From NCBI GenBank assembly GCA_951406725.2, contig OX597819.1, positions 32,178,001-32,242,000 on the forward strand: a DNA stretch of 64,000 bases, read 5' to 3'. Source of the stretch: Octopus vulgaris (Eukaryota). A model generated the notes under the pieces. The model did no database searches. It had not been told where the DNA came from and worked only from the letters and a program-made list of their open reading frames with translations. Made by a program: the position numbers and the translations under genes. Shown here in pieces: positions 40,669 to 55,270 of this stretch (position 1 is the stretch's first letter; every line of letters starts with the position of its first letter).

Positions 40669-41177
40669 TGTATGTATGTATGTATGTATGTATGTATGTG
40701 TATATGTATATATTCCCGAGTGTAGAATACAAATTTGCAAACATTTTCTTAAAATTCCAAGAAATAAAAGAAATTACGAGGGGTTATATGTCGTGCGCAA
40801 AGCGGAAGTTGATTTATTTAAAGTCTCGTATTAAAACACGTGCTATTTTCACAATGTTGACAACTCGTGCTGTCACGCACAAAATGACAGCTTTGAAATC
40901 CTGTTTTCTGACTGGGTGAAAATTATCAAACTTTAAACCCCTTTAACTTTAATACAAAAAATTCTGGAAAAAGTGAAATATTTCTTGTGATTCAGCATGG
41001 AAAACTACATCAATACACCAAATTTTAAAATGTTCAATAAACTTTGAAATGTCCACAGCTTCAGCCAAACAGAAAAGATCCTATATAGCGGGGAGCAAGT
41101 TATGGGTGAATAGTCGAGGGGTAGCGATATAGGCAACAGCTGTAAAGATTGGTTAAGGCTGAAAGATGGATGTAGGA

Positions 41178-41214
<37 letters not shown>

Positions 41215-41227
41215 GAGAAGATCTGGG

Positions 41228-41520
41228 TTTGTGGTTAGAGCAACGGACTCACGGTCGAGGGATCGCGGGTTCGAATCTCAGACCGGGTGATTTGTGTGTT
41301 TATGAGCGAAACACCTAAGCTCCACGCGGCTCCGGCAGAAGGTAATGGCGAAATTCTGCTGACTCTTTCGCCACAACTTTCTCTCACTCTTTCCTCCTGC
41401 ATCTTGCAGCTCACCTTCGACGGACTGGCGTCCCGTCTAGGTGGGGAACCTATACGCCAATGAAACCGGGAAACCGGCCCTTATGAGCCAGACGTGGCTC
41501 GAGAAGGAATAAATAACAGA
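41228..41520 (+). mobile_element. SINE family C, tail type iii
   Basis: Matches 13597-13899. Confidence 0.88.
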
Positions 41521-42221
41521 AGACCTGGGTTTGGAGAATGACCAATGATGTACGAATTGCTGGAGCTAGAATGATGCAGACACCATGCCTTCCTAGCAGG
41601 TGATAAAGTGGTCATTATGTGATCTCAACTGACTTTTATACGCCCTGATATGAACACAGTTTTGGAAACCATCGAAATCTGATAAGACCAGCTGAAATAT
41701 CATCCGTCTCTCCGATATCAGTGAGGGGGGCCGGTGCACATTGATGCCGTCGAGAGGTAGGCCCCGAAACGGCGCGCATTCTCTCCTGATGACCCCATAC
41801 ACTTGCTAGTTTCCGATATACGGAGCTTTTAACTGGTAGCACTTGCATGTGCAAGTTGTTTGCAAGACATACATGAAAGTGCTTCGCTTTTACAATTAAA
41901 TATTAAAAATTCAGTTGTGTGAAGGAATGATAATAAATATTTCGTATTCAGAGAATATTTCTTGGTGCGAATTTAGAAAGGTTTCGATGAAGTTGTAAAA
42001 ATTAATGCAATTTCAGAGTGATAAGTATACAAGCGTAGCTCAAACAGAATTAAGATGGATCCATTAAGATAAGCATACATATTGCATTATATATCGTTTT
42101 AGTGAATATGAATCTAAGTTCCTATGGAAGATGTGTGTTTTTTCCTGGTGTGTATACATGCCCACATACACACAGGTATACACACGCGCGCGCACATACA
42201 CACACAATGTATATATTTGTG

Positions 42222-42259
<38 letters not shown>

Positions 42260-42513
42260 TGGAGGCGCATGGTCCAGTGGTCAAGCTTTTGCACTCACGA
42301 TCGCTAGATCGTGGATTCGATTCCTTGACTGGGCGACGCGTTGTGTTCTTGATAACAACAGTTCATTTCGCGTTGCTCCGGTACCCTTTTCGATCGGGTC
42401 GGGGGGGAGGGGAGGACGGAATGCTTGCCTGCTCGTCAAGCCAGCCGGGTGGCAAAAGGCGCATTGTGACTAGCAATGTGAAACAACATCTGATAGCCTG
42501 GTTGATCACGTGT

Positions 42514-42576
<63 letters not shown>

Positions 42577-42718
42577 ATGCATATATGTATATATGCATGT
42601 ATATATACATATAAGTATGCGAGCATTGTTCAAACAGTATTAAGATACATTAATATAAACGTACATATTGTATTATACATCATTTTAGTGAATATGGACT
42701 TAAGCTTCTATGGAAGGT

Positions 42719-42777
<59 letters not shown>

Positions 42778-42865
42778 TGAGTGTGTATATACATGCACAC
42801 ATACACACACACACATATATATACACATACGTACATACATACATACACACACATACATACATACA

Positions 42866-42898
<33 letters not shown>

Positions 42899-42910
42899 TT
42901 ATACATACAA

Positions 42911-43921
<1,011 letters not shown>

Positions 43922-44207
43922 AGTATCTTGGTCAGCCTATGAACATTTCAGCCGTCCCTCGTATATACAAACGCTACTCTTTTATTAAGAAATGTCCAAG
44001 TTGCAAAAAAAGTTCTAAAATACATTTTCACACACATACATGTACTCACATAGAGATACACACGTATATATATATATACATACACATACGTTCAATACAT
44101 ACCACTCACGCATACAATTTTTTTTTGCAATTTCTAGTGCCGCCCCTCCCCCACACATACATATCTATTTATTTATCATTCTCTGTCTCTGTCTGCCTCT
44201 CTCTCTT

Positions 44208-44255
<48 letters not shown>

Positions 44256-44549
44256 TATATATATATTTATATACACATATACATACACACACATATATAC
44301 ATATAGTTATATATACATATATATATGCATATATATATACATATATACATATATATATATATACATATAGCTACAAATTGAGATAGGGTTGTAAATGCAA
44401 CCCTCCATGGGATAACATATATCCAATATACTCTACAGTCTTTTATGTGGTGGTTTAATAAAGTATGTGATTGAGTATTATCTGGTAATTGATATTTGAT
44501 TTAGTTGTATTTCTCCATTTTCTTATCTTGTATATATACATATATATAT

Positions 44550-44783
44550 ACCGGAGTAAACACATAAATGTGAAACAAGGTGGAAAAAAGAATACTCAAA
44601 TACCATTGGTAGAGTAATATGCTTTATTTAAAGCAGCAGAAAATTCAACAAAACCTGTTACGTGAAACTCAGAGTAACAGGTTTTTTTGAATTTTCTGCT
44701 GCTTTAAATAAAGCATATTACTCTACCAATGGTATTTGAGTATTCTTTTTTCCACCTTGTTTCACATTTATGTGTTTACTCCG

Positions 44784-44785
<2 letters not shown>
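44550..44785. repeat. Near-perfect 112-bp-arm inverted repeat in a (TA)n tract; probable inverted PLE end
   Basis: Arms 44550-44661 and 44674-44785 (one mismatch seen), 12-nt spacer. Spacer plus right arm reads GAAA-CTCAGAG-TA-acagg, a hammerhead 3' half. Confidence 0.9.
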
Positions 44786-44858
<73 letters not shown>

Positions 44859-44878
44859 AGCATACATACATATATCTA

Positions 44879-45632
44879 TACAAGGTGCAGTGAATGAATT
44901 GTCGTGTAAATTACGCAAACATGAAAATAACACTGACATCTCATTTTAATAGATGCATTTACTAAAATTACACAAAAATATCTTGAAATACTAAAGAGTA
45001 AACTTATTCAATAAAATCGCCATTCGTCGAGTCTCCTGCAACTCTTCGAAACGGTCTCCTTGTTTAAGTTGGTGAATGCTGCCATAATCTTTGTCTTCCG
45101 TTGATCTTTGGTGTTACAAGGAGATTTCGTGGTCTCTTGCTTAACTGCACCCCACACATAATAATCAAGGGAGTTGCAGTCTAGGGAGTTAGGTAGCCAG
45201 ATGTTCGGGATGATGTGGGCGCAGAAATTGTATGACAGCCATGATTGGGTTTTCCTGCTTGTGCAGAGTCCTGTTACCAGACATAGGTTCTTCCAGCAGC
45301 CACATTCTTGAGCCAGGTCAGCACTACGTCCTCCAGGCACTAGATGTAGTCCTCCGTGTTGAGTCTGAGGCCGTGTGGGAAGATGAATGAAGGCATAATG
45401 TTGTCATCATTAGTGATCATTCCAAACACCATGATGTTGACTGGTTGTTTGATTTTTATTATTCTCGGTACATGTCCTCAGATTGATACCAAAACACTCT
45501 GAAATGGTCGTATTGGAGCTTCCGGCGCGAATGCCAAGCAGTACAGCATGTCGATTCCAAATTTCTGGCAGAGTGAATTGCATCGTGGTGCGAAACTAAA
45601 AATAGAAAATGGCGACAATTTAACCATCGCAC

Positions 45633-45635
<3 letters not shown>
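44879..45635 (-). pseudogene. Internally deleted Tc1/mariner-superfamily (maT/DD37D-like) element
   Basis: WLPNSLDCNSLDYYVWGAVKQE resembles WPPNSPDLNPLDYYVW; imperfect TA-flanked TIRs (...gtgc......aattgtcg) at both ends. Confidence 0.78.
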
Positions 45636-45678
<43 letters not shown>

Positions 45679-45686
45679 TGTGTTTT

Positions 45687-45763
<77 letters not shown>

Positions 45764-45765
<2 letters not shown>

Positions 45766-46368
45766 ATCAAAACAGTTTGATTCAAAGTCGTTGGTATTCC
45801 GGGTTTCAAACGTGATGCTAGTCTTCAGCCATTTTGAATTTGAATGAGAGAAATTGATTGTTATTACCGTAAGGTGGGCTGCGATTGGTAGAGGACTGTC
45901 ACATGGTGTCGTGGTTTGATGTTGGCATATCGATATATCAGCGACAACAGTTGCTTGGTAAATACTGAATGATGAACAGAAAATCGACCGTGAGGTGGAC
46001 AGGAAACCGCTCGGGTTGTTGGAGGGAAAGTAGAAAGGGACTGTGTTGTGCAAGTATATTATAGTTTTATATGTGGGTGTATGGATGCGCTCATATGGTT
46101 TTGCGTACATGTTTGTATTGATGCGAGCGTGCACATCTGTACATGGGTGCGCACATGCACGTCCCATACACACACACACACCTAAATGAACGAAACAGTT
46201 TCCTAGAGGCTACAAGTATTGTGGCCTCTGGGGTAGTGTTTCTTAATTAACGACAGGAAGCTGCTACCTAATAATTAACTGGTTTCATACAAATTCAAAA
46301 CGACTGAAGACTAGCATCACACTTGAAACTCGGCGTACCAACGAATCTAAATCGGACTGTTTTGATCC
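45764..46368. mobile_element. MITE-like element with ~85-bp imperfect TIRs starting GGATCAAAAC
   Basis: 45764-45846 is the reverse complement of ~46285-46368; no clear TSD. Confidence 0.8.
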
Positions 46369-46431
46369 ATACATATAACTCTCAATAAATTTGTTGACTG
46401 CTCTTCTTTCATTCATCCCCTCACTCATATG

Positions 46432-46495
<64 letters not shown>

Positions 46496-46514
46496 CGTAT
46501 TATATATATATATG

Positions 46515-46562
<48 letters not shown>

Positions 46563-46759
46563 CGACAACGAGGGTTTCCGTTGATCGATCAACAGAACAA
46601 CCTGCTCATGAAATTAACATGCAAGTGGCTGAGTATTCCACAGACACGTGTACACTTAATGTAGTCCTCAGGGAGATTCAGTGTGAGCCGAACATCCTAG
46701 CCATTAAGCCACGTGGCTTCATACACACACACAAACACACACATACACACGTACACACA

Positions 46760-46802
<43 letters not shown>

Positions 46803-47062
46803 TCTTTTACTTTTATCTTTTACTTGTTTTAGTCATTTGACTACGACCATACTGGAGCACAGCCTTTAGTCCAGCAAATCGATGTTAACACTTATTCTTT
46901 GTAAGACTAGTACTTATTCTGTCAGCTCTTTGGCCGAACCGCTAAGTTACGGGGACGTAAACTGACCAACATCGGTTATCAAGCAACGAAGGGGAGGGGG
47001 GAAGGGGCGAGCAACGAACACAAATGCACAAATACATACACAATCACACACACTCATATGTA

Positions 47063-47897
47063 TCTACTACATAAGTGGGAATTTCTGTCTGTGTGTTTGT
47101 TTGTGGAGTTGTTAGCTAACTTCTCTTACATCATTTTAGCGAATTTGATGAAACTTGACACGTGAGTAGAACTCATGTTTAGAAACCCGATGGCATACTA
47201 AGATTGTTGAAAAAAAATTGATAATAGGGCCCCTGGAAGGGATCCGCATATATAGCCAAGGGAAATAACCCATTAATTTTCCTAAATTATTTGGTAAAAA
47301 TGAAATTGAGTATGCTTATTTCTTAGTATTTGAATTGTTAGAGTTATTTTCGCAATGTATTCAGTACAACACTTAAACAACTAAATAGTATTTTCCTAAA
47401 CAATAGATCCACTTATATCGGTTAGTGACGTATTCACGAATATACAAACACTAGCGCCGCTGGGGGTAATATTCTCTTGGAATGCACACAAGCCCTTTAC
47501 AGAGTTATTTACTTTGAATTGTTATTATCTCATATCTGATTATCCTGTTATTACGTAACATGCTTCACGATTTTAGTATACATACCTTACTATTTCCTCT
47601 TATGTACTATATACTCTGGTAACACATTAGAGCCATTTTCGGGGCTAATTTATTTGAATTCTTACTATCAAGTAACTAATTTCATATTATTACATAACTG
47701 ACTTCACAATTTGGGTATTCATACCTGATTGGGAATTCCTAAAAACAAGATCCTGTATAAGACAGTTCGGTGTTCTCTGTAAATGCACAAAAACTGTTTT
47801 AAGGGCTACATACTGTTGTTGCATTAGCGAAACAATTATGATAACAGAGCGAAGGGACAATACTCGCTTACCGGGAATTATCGGGCATGTCAGCTAG
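47063..47897 (+). mobile_element. Non-autonomous Helitron
   Basis: A|TCtactacataag...tctgtctgtgtgtttg ... ccggg...tcggg...CTAG|T. Confidence 0.7.
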
Positions 47898-47915
47898 TGT
47901 ATATATATATATATA

Positions 47916-48711
47916 TCTATATTATAAATCTGAAATGCAAAAAGTTTGTTTGTCTGGTTTTGGCATTGAGAATGGGTTAAAGGCCACTAGATCCCGTCGG
48001 ATTGACTCCAAAATTTACAGGGACATGTAAAATGAGGTGAGGATGTTAGTGGTCTAGGTTAGAAATCCCCATCTTAAAAGGTGTCGTTGCTGGGGCCAAA
48101 AACTCACTTTGACAAGTCTACTCTCATTCTTTTATGTATCTGTCTTCCTCCGTCACTCACTCTCTTTCCTCCCTTCCCATCACTTTCTCTTTATAACGTC
48201 GTGTCACGGCGTTCTATATCTCCCCCTCCCCGCCTTCGACAGCGCTTTCACACTCTCTCTCTCTCTACGTCTGTCTGCATTCATAGAGAGAATTATCATC
48301 GCCACAACGACCACACAATCATGAGAACAAATATTATGAATCAGATATTTATTGGGTTAATTTATATATGTGTGTGTGTATGTGTGTGTGTGTGTGTGTG
48401 TTCTATATATAAATATGTATATATAATGTATATATACAAAGTGTATATATCTGTATTTATGTATATTAAACTTTTTAATACTTTTTGATAGTTATATATT
48501 TTAAAAAATTATAAATATAAATTAATAATTTTAATTTTAAATTTAAATAATTTAAATGTTTCAATTTTATATTTTATATATTTTGTATATTATATTTTTA
48601 TTTTTATGTTTTGGTTTATGTTTTTCACTTTGATTTGCCTATTAGTGGTTTTATCTCTAATTTAATTTATACATATATATAATTTGTATACATTTGTATA
48701 TATAATGCGTG

Positions 48712-48761
<50 letters not shown>

Positions 48762-49941
48762 GTGTGCATTATGTGGTCGGTTGAGCTGAAAATATGCACA
48801 CCTATGTTAAAAGTGCTGGCAAGTTTGCATGACAACAACTTTTTTCTTCAAATGAAAGGCGTGACCTCTAAGACAAAATTCCTCATCTTATAAAATGTGG
48901 CCCCAATAGACCCGAATGAAATCGGGTTATATTAACCAAAATGTGAAAAGGGGTCTAAATGGGGCTGGAAGGGGATTAAAATTTAAAGGAGCGGGTGTTT
49001 AGGAATTCTCTGTTACATCAAGCTAAAAAATTTGCGCCAGCCTTTTAATCGTCAATGTGTTGCCGTCCATGATGAAGTTTTGAATGCTTGCCATGGTGAG
49101 TCTACTGTCGTGAGAAATAATCACTTCAAAACTTGGTGTTTAGGAATTTTCTTTTACATCAAGTTCAAAATTTTACGCCAGCCGTTAAACTGTCAATACG
49201 TTGCTGTCCGTCGTTAAGAAATGCCAGCCATGGTGACTCTACTATCCTCAGATTCTATCCCTTCAAACTTTGGTTTCCAATATTTTATTATTTTTATTCA
49301 GCTCGCAAGTTCGTCTGTCCCTTTTAAATGTTAGTGTTTTGCTGTCTGCCTTGAAGCAGACCTTTCCGTTGTCACTGCCTGATATTTATGATTGATCTTT
49401 CAAAATATTTTATTTCTCAACTTAATCAAGATCTTTTGTTGTTTATAAATGGGAGAGAGATAGATAAAGATAGAGAGTAAGAGAAAGCGAAGGAGAGACC
49501 GAGAGAAAAGAAAAGTAAGAGAGTGGGAAAGTGAGAGAGAAAGGAGAGAGAAACAAAGAGGGAGAATCATCATCATCATCATCATCATCGTTTAACGTCC
49601 GTTTTCCGTGCTAGCACGGGTTGGACAGTTTGACCGGGGTCTGGGAAGCCAGGAGGCTGCACCATGCTCCAGTCTGATCTGGCAGTGTTTCTACAGGTGG
49701 ATGCCCTTCCTAACGCCAACCACTCTTTGAGTGTAGTGGGTGCTTTTTTCGTGCCGCCACAGGTGCCAGGGGGGCTGGCAGCGGCCACGATCGGTTGGTG
49801 CTTTTTACGTGCCAACGGCACAGAAGCCAGTCAAGGCGGTGCTGCAATCGGCCACGTTCGGATGGTGCTTTTTACGTGCTGAAAGGAAGCAACAGAAAGT
49901 AACAACCACACTCTTACCCGCGCGTAGAGTGGGTCTAAGCT

Positions 49942-49943
<2 letters not shown>
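47916..49943 (+). mobile_element. Probable second Helitron with nested insertions
   Basis: 5' A|TCtatattataaatctg...gtttgtttgtctg; 3' hairpin acccgc-gcgtaga-gtgggt a few nt before CTAG (49940-49943). Confidence 0.55.
49569..49880 (-). mobile_element. SINE/LINE-tail family D ending (GAT)n; copies at 15953-16130 (+), 57450-57710 and 62578-63010 (-)
   Basis: gagtggttggcgttaggaagggcatccagctgtagaaac...ggaaaacggacgttaaacgatgatgat, with internal ~60-bp repeats ggtgctttttacgtgccaccggcac. Confidence 0.8.
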
Positions 49944-50011
<68 letters not shown>

Positions 50012-50178
50012 GTATATATATACATACATACGAGGGACTTTTTTCAGTTTCCCTCAAGCAAATCCACTGACAAGGCTTTGGTCGGTTCGAGGCTATAGTA
50101 CAAGACACTTGTTCAAGGTGTCACACAGTGGGACTAAACCATTTGGGCGGCAAGCCAGCTTCTTACCCACAGCTACGC

Positions 50179-50260
<82 letters not shown>

Positions 50261-50283
50261 CTCTCTCTCTCTATATATATCTT

Positions 50284-50345
<62 letters not shown>

Positions 50346-50446
50346 GTTAATCCAAACATGAAAACACAAAGAGAAAACACAACAACGCGAGGACGTGGAC
50401 CAAGTATAGTGTTATTGGACGCTCAGGAAAGAAGGATAGAAGGAGG

Positions 50447-50488
<42 letters not shown>

Positions 50489-50605
50489 ACGATGATCCGG
50501 TTCTTGACTGAAGATTGAGGGCTTCGAATGTCCCGTCCGTGTTTTTTGTATCGTCTTCTAAGTGTTTTGCGTTCTTGTCCCAGTTTGTAATTTTCTACAT
50601 ATAAT

Positions 50606-50661
<56 letters not shown>

Positions 50662-50942
50662 ATACGCACGCGTAAGTACACTGACACACATACACACACT
50701 CACACACTCACTCACTCACTCATATACGTATATAAAAACATTTAAGTAACCGGAAATCACAGCCAGTGATGAGTTATGTGCGTGGGAGGTTTGCATACTG
50801 GTGTATTCATATATCTACGAGTCTGCCTGCCTGCCTGTATGTATGTATGTATGTATGTATGTATGTATGTATGTATGTATGTATGTATGTATGTATGTAT
50901 GTATGTATGTATGTATGTATGTATGTATGTATGTATGTATGT

Positions 50943-50976
<34 letters not shown>

Positions 50977-51335
50977 ATGTATGTGTGAATGTATGTATGT
51001 GTGTGTGTGTATGTGTGCGTTTGTTTGCGTGAGTCAGTGTATGTGCGGGGTTTCATATACTTGATGACAGTTCCCTGTCTTCACCAACGTTTGTCATGAA
51101 AATAAATGTCATAAAGTAGTTTATAAAGAAATGTTACAGTAATGCGTCAGGTCATCAGACATCAATTGAATTACTACGTCCTCTTAGGAAGGTCAACATT
51201 CATTGCATGCAGACACAAAATCGTATGGACACAAGTGTCATGTATGTATTTATCAATTGACTGTTTTATGTATGAATTAACTAATATAGAAAACATAAAT
51301 ATACGGACAGAATTCGTACTTATGTTTTGTGGAAA

Positions 51336-52470
51336 GGCGGCGAGCTGGCAGAAACGTTAGCACGCCGGGCGAAATGCTGAGCGGTATTTCGTCTGCCGCT
51401 ACGTTCTGAGTTCAAATTCCGCCGAGGTCGACTTTGCCTTTCATCCTTTCGGGGTCGATAAATTAAGTACCAGTTACGCACTGGGGTCGATGTAATCGAC
51501 TTAATACCTATATCTGTCCTTGTTTGTCCCCTCTATGTTTAGCCCCTTGTGGGTAATAAAGAAATAGTTATTTCGTCTGCCGCTACGTTCTGAGTTCAAA
51601 TTCCACCGAGGTCGACTTTGCCTTTCATCCTTTCGGGGTCGATTAAATAAGTACCAGTTACACACTGGTGTCGATATGATCAACTTAATCCGTTTGTCTG
51701 TCCTTGTTTGTCCTCTCTGTGTTTAGCCCCTTGTAAGTAGTAAAGAAATAGGAATTTCGTCTGCCGTTACGTTCTGAGTTCAAATTTCGCGAAGGTCGAC
51801 TTTGCCTTTCATCCTTTCGGGGTCGATTAAATAAGTACCAGTTACGCATTGGTGTCGATATGATCAACTTAATCCGTTTGACTGTCCTTGTTTGTCCTCT
51901 CTGTGTTTAGCCCCTTGTGAGTAGTAAATGAAATAGGTATTTCGTCTGTCTTTACGATCTGAGATGAAATTCTGCCGAGGTCGACTTTGACTTTCATCCT
52001 TTTGGGGTCGATTAAATAAGTACCAGTTACGCACTGGTGTCGATATGATCAACTTAATCCGTTTGCCTGTCCTTGTTTGTCCTCTCTGTGTTTAGCCCCT
52101 TGTAGGTAGTAAAGAAATAGGAATTTCGTCTGCCGTTACGTTCTGAGTTCAAATTCCGCCGAGGTCGACTTTGACTTTCATCCTTTCGGGGTCGATTAAA
52201 TAAGTACCAGTTACGCACTGGTGTCGATATGATCAACTTAATCCGTTTGTCTGTCCTTGTTTGTCCTCTCTGTGTTTAGCCCCTTGTGAGGTAGTAAAGA
52301 AACAGGTAATTTCGTCTGCCCTTACGTTCTGAGTTCAAATTCCGCCGAGGTCGACTTTGCCTTTTCATTCTTTCGGGATCGATAAATTAAGTACCAGTTA
52401 CGTACTGGGGTCGATCTAATCGACTGTCCCCCGCTCAAAACTTTCGGGCCGTGTGTCTAGAGTAGAGAAG
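51336..52470 (+). mobile_element. SINE family B (Meta-domain-like), one head + six ~184-bp units
   Basis: Head ggcggcgagctggcagaaacgttagc; each unit has B box gagttcaaattcc and gtcgactttgcctttcatcctttcggggtcgat(a)aa.taagtaccag, resembling the MetaSINE central domain. Units start near 51385, 51569, 51752, 51938, 52121 and 52308. Confidence 0.9.
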
Positions 52471-52951
52471 ATTTGTTTTGTGAGTGTATGTGTTTGTATA
52501 TTCTATTCTTTTATTGAACTGCGGCCATGCTGGAGCACCGCCTTTAATCGATCAAATCGACCTCAGTATTCTTTGAAAAATCTAGTACTTATCCTATCGG
52601 CTTCTTTTGCCGAACCTCTAAATTATGGGGACATAAACACACCCACATCGGTTGTCAAGCGATAGTGGAGGGACAAATACACACACACACACACACGCAC
52701 ACACACATACACACAAATACCCTGTTGTTGATGTTGAAATTCCAATGAAGGAGACTTGGATCTAGGTTAGAAACCGGTGCTTTATTGGCAAGAAATCTTG
52801 AAATAGACTGCATAATGACACATGCATGCACACACACGCACACATACATACAAACATGCATACATGCATACATACATGCATACATACATACATACATACA
52901 TACATACATACATACATACATACATACATACATACATACATACATACATAC

Positions 52952-53069
52952 ATGTGAAACAAGGTGGAAAAAAGAGTACTCAAATACCAGTGGTAGAGTA
53001 ATATGCTTTACTTAAAGCAGCAGAAAATTCAACAAAACCTGTTGAATTTTCTGCTGCTTTAAATAAAGT
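52952..53069. repeat. Second, shorter fold-back copy of the 44550-44785 family
   Basis: Shares atgtgaaacaaggtggaaaaaaga...aaattcaacaaaacctgtt, then inverts (gttgaattttctgctgctttaaataaag); sits between (TACA)n and (TA)n. Confidence 0.8.
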
Positions 53070-53093
53070 ATATATATATATATATATATACAC

Positions 53094-53125
<32 letters not shown>

Positions 53126-53800
53126 GTATACATACACATGTATATGTGTATATGTATATATATATACATATATATATATATACAGACACACACGCGCGCA
53201 TGTGTGTGTGTGTATGTGTCTATTTGTGTGTGTGTATACATATGTATTTATATGTGCATGTGTACAAACGTTAACACAAGATTTTAGCTTTAAATTTTAG
53301 GAGAAATATAGTGTTTGTTTAATAGTGATTGCAACATTATAACTTCGAACTTATTACATAAAACAGTGACTGGCAAAAAGTACTTTATGCCACTTGTACG
53401 ACATCTGGTATTAGACTATGCTCCACTGTAGCGTTTGTAATTGTAACAGTACTAATTGTACTAGTACTACTCTACTGACTGTAAAGGAAATGGTATTAAA
53501 GGAGGTAGTAACATTGTGACGATTTGAGTGAAGTAGCTATAACTAAGTGATGGTTGTTATAGAAACGTGATTAGCTGTTGAAATAACATGGTTATAGTAA
53601 TTATTATAGTATAATTACTATATTATTTAGGTTTACTAAGCTTCTTTCCCAACCATGTCGTTTTGGGGTTCCGTCCCTTAATTTAGTACCTTGGGCAAGC
53701 AGTACTTTGAGCAAGTATCTTCTATTAAGTGGATTTGGTAGACAGAAAATGAAAGATCATCGTATATATACATCTCTCTCTCTCTCTCTCTCTTTCTCCC

Positions 53801-53829
<29 letters not shown>

Positions 53830-53831
<2 letters not shown>

Positions 53832-54040
53832 TTCTTTACTGCCCACAAGGGGCTAAACACAGAGGGGACAAAGAAGGACAGACAAAGGGATTAAGTCGAT
53901 CACATCGACCCCAGTGCGTAACTGGTACTTTATTTATCGACCCCGAAAGGATGAAAGGCAAAGTCGACCTCGGCGGAATTTGAACTCAGAACGTAACGGC
54001 CGACGAAATACGGCTACGCATTTCGCCCGTCGTGCTAACA
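53830..54040 (-). mobile_element. SINE family B monomer
   Basis: Unit plus partial head. Confidence 0.85.
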
Positions 54041-54048
54041 TATATATA

Positions 54049-54106
<58 letters not shown>

Positions 54107-54218
54107 TCTATATACACTCATACACACGCATATATATACATACAAACATATATATATATACATTTATGTATACATACATACATATACATATATACATTTA
54201 TATACATATACATTTATA

Positions 54219-54267
<49 letters not shown>

Positions 54268-54927
54268 TCATATACATATGTATATATATATTCATGCATA
54301 TATATATATACATACATATACTACACGTACATGCATATGTATATACATACATACATATATATATATACATGTGTGTGTGTGTGTGTGTGTGTATGCATAT
54401 ATATATATACATATACATACACATAATACATACATATATACATACATACATACATATATACACATATATATATATACATTCATATACATATATAGAAATA
54501 CACACATACATGTACATACATGTATGTATGTATTTCTTCCTAACCACATGGCTTCATGTTCAATCCCATTGCATGGCACTTTGAGTGTCTCCCACTATAA
54601 CCCTAGGCCTTGTGTGTGGACTTATCTTAAGGAAACTTAAAGAGGTTTGTCATATGTGTGTGTGTGTGAGCGTGTGTCCTTGTCTTGACATTGCGTGATA
54701 GCTGTAAATGAGTGTCACTGTCATACAAGCAGTGTTATTTGTTTCCAATATTCTGAGAAATCACATCTGGCAATGAGAAAAACATTACCTCACTTGGAAA
54801 CAGATAAGTGTTTGCAACTGGAGTGGGGGTTGGGTGGGGGGACGTCTTGCGATAGAAAATCTGCCCAAAATAAACTCCATCCAGCCTCATGCAAGCATGA
54901 AAAGCAGGCATAAAACAATGATGGTAA

Positions 54928-54985
54928 TGAAGAAGCAGAAGAAGAAGAAGAAGAAGAAGAAGAAGATGTAGAAGAAGATGAAGAA

Positions 54986-55017
<32 letters not shown>

Positions 55018-55074
55018 AGAAGAAGAGAAAAAGAAGATGAAGAAGAAGAAGAAGAAGAGGATGTAGAAGAAGAT

Positions 55075-55106
<32 letters not shown>

Positions 55107-55122
55107 AGAAGAAGAGGAATTA

Positions 55123-55155
<33 letters not shown>

Positions 55156-55270
55156 AAGGAAGAAGAAGAAGAATGAGTAGGAGACAGAAGAAGAAGAAGA
55201 AGAAGAAGAAGAAGGTAAAGAAGAAAAGAAGAAGAAGAAGAAGAAGAAGAAGGAGGAGGAAGGGGAACAA
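54928..55270 (+). repeat. (GAA)n purine-rich tract
   Basis: Direct inspection. Confidence 0.95.

Noticed and set aside
41590-41860. GC-richer coding-like segment (also 25340-25655)
   Set aside because: No motif recognised; probably old transposon fragments.
50500-50535. Hammerhead at ctgaagattgagggcttcgaatgtc
   Set aside because: GAAA/stem III incomplete and stems unconvincing; at most a decayed relic.
51336-52470. CRISPR-like or retrozyme interpretation of the ~184-bp tandem units
   Set aside because: No unique spacers and a eukaryotic context. I found no hammerhead core on either strand, and the units carry SINE B-box and Meta-like sequence.
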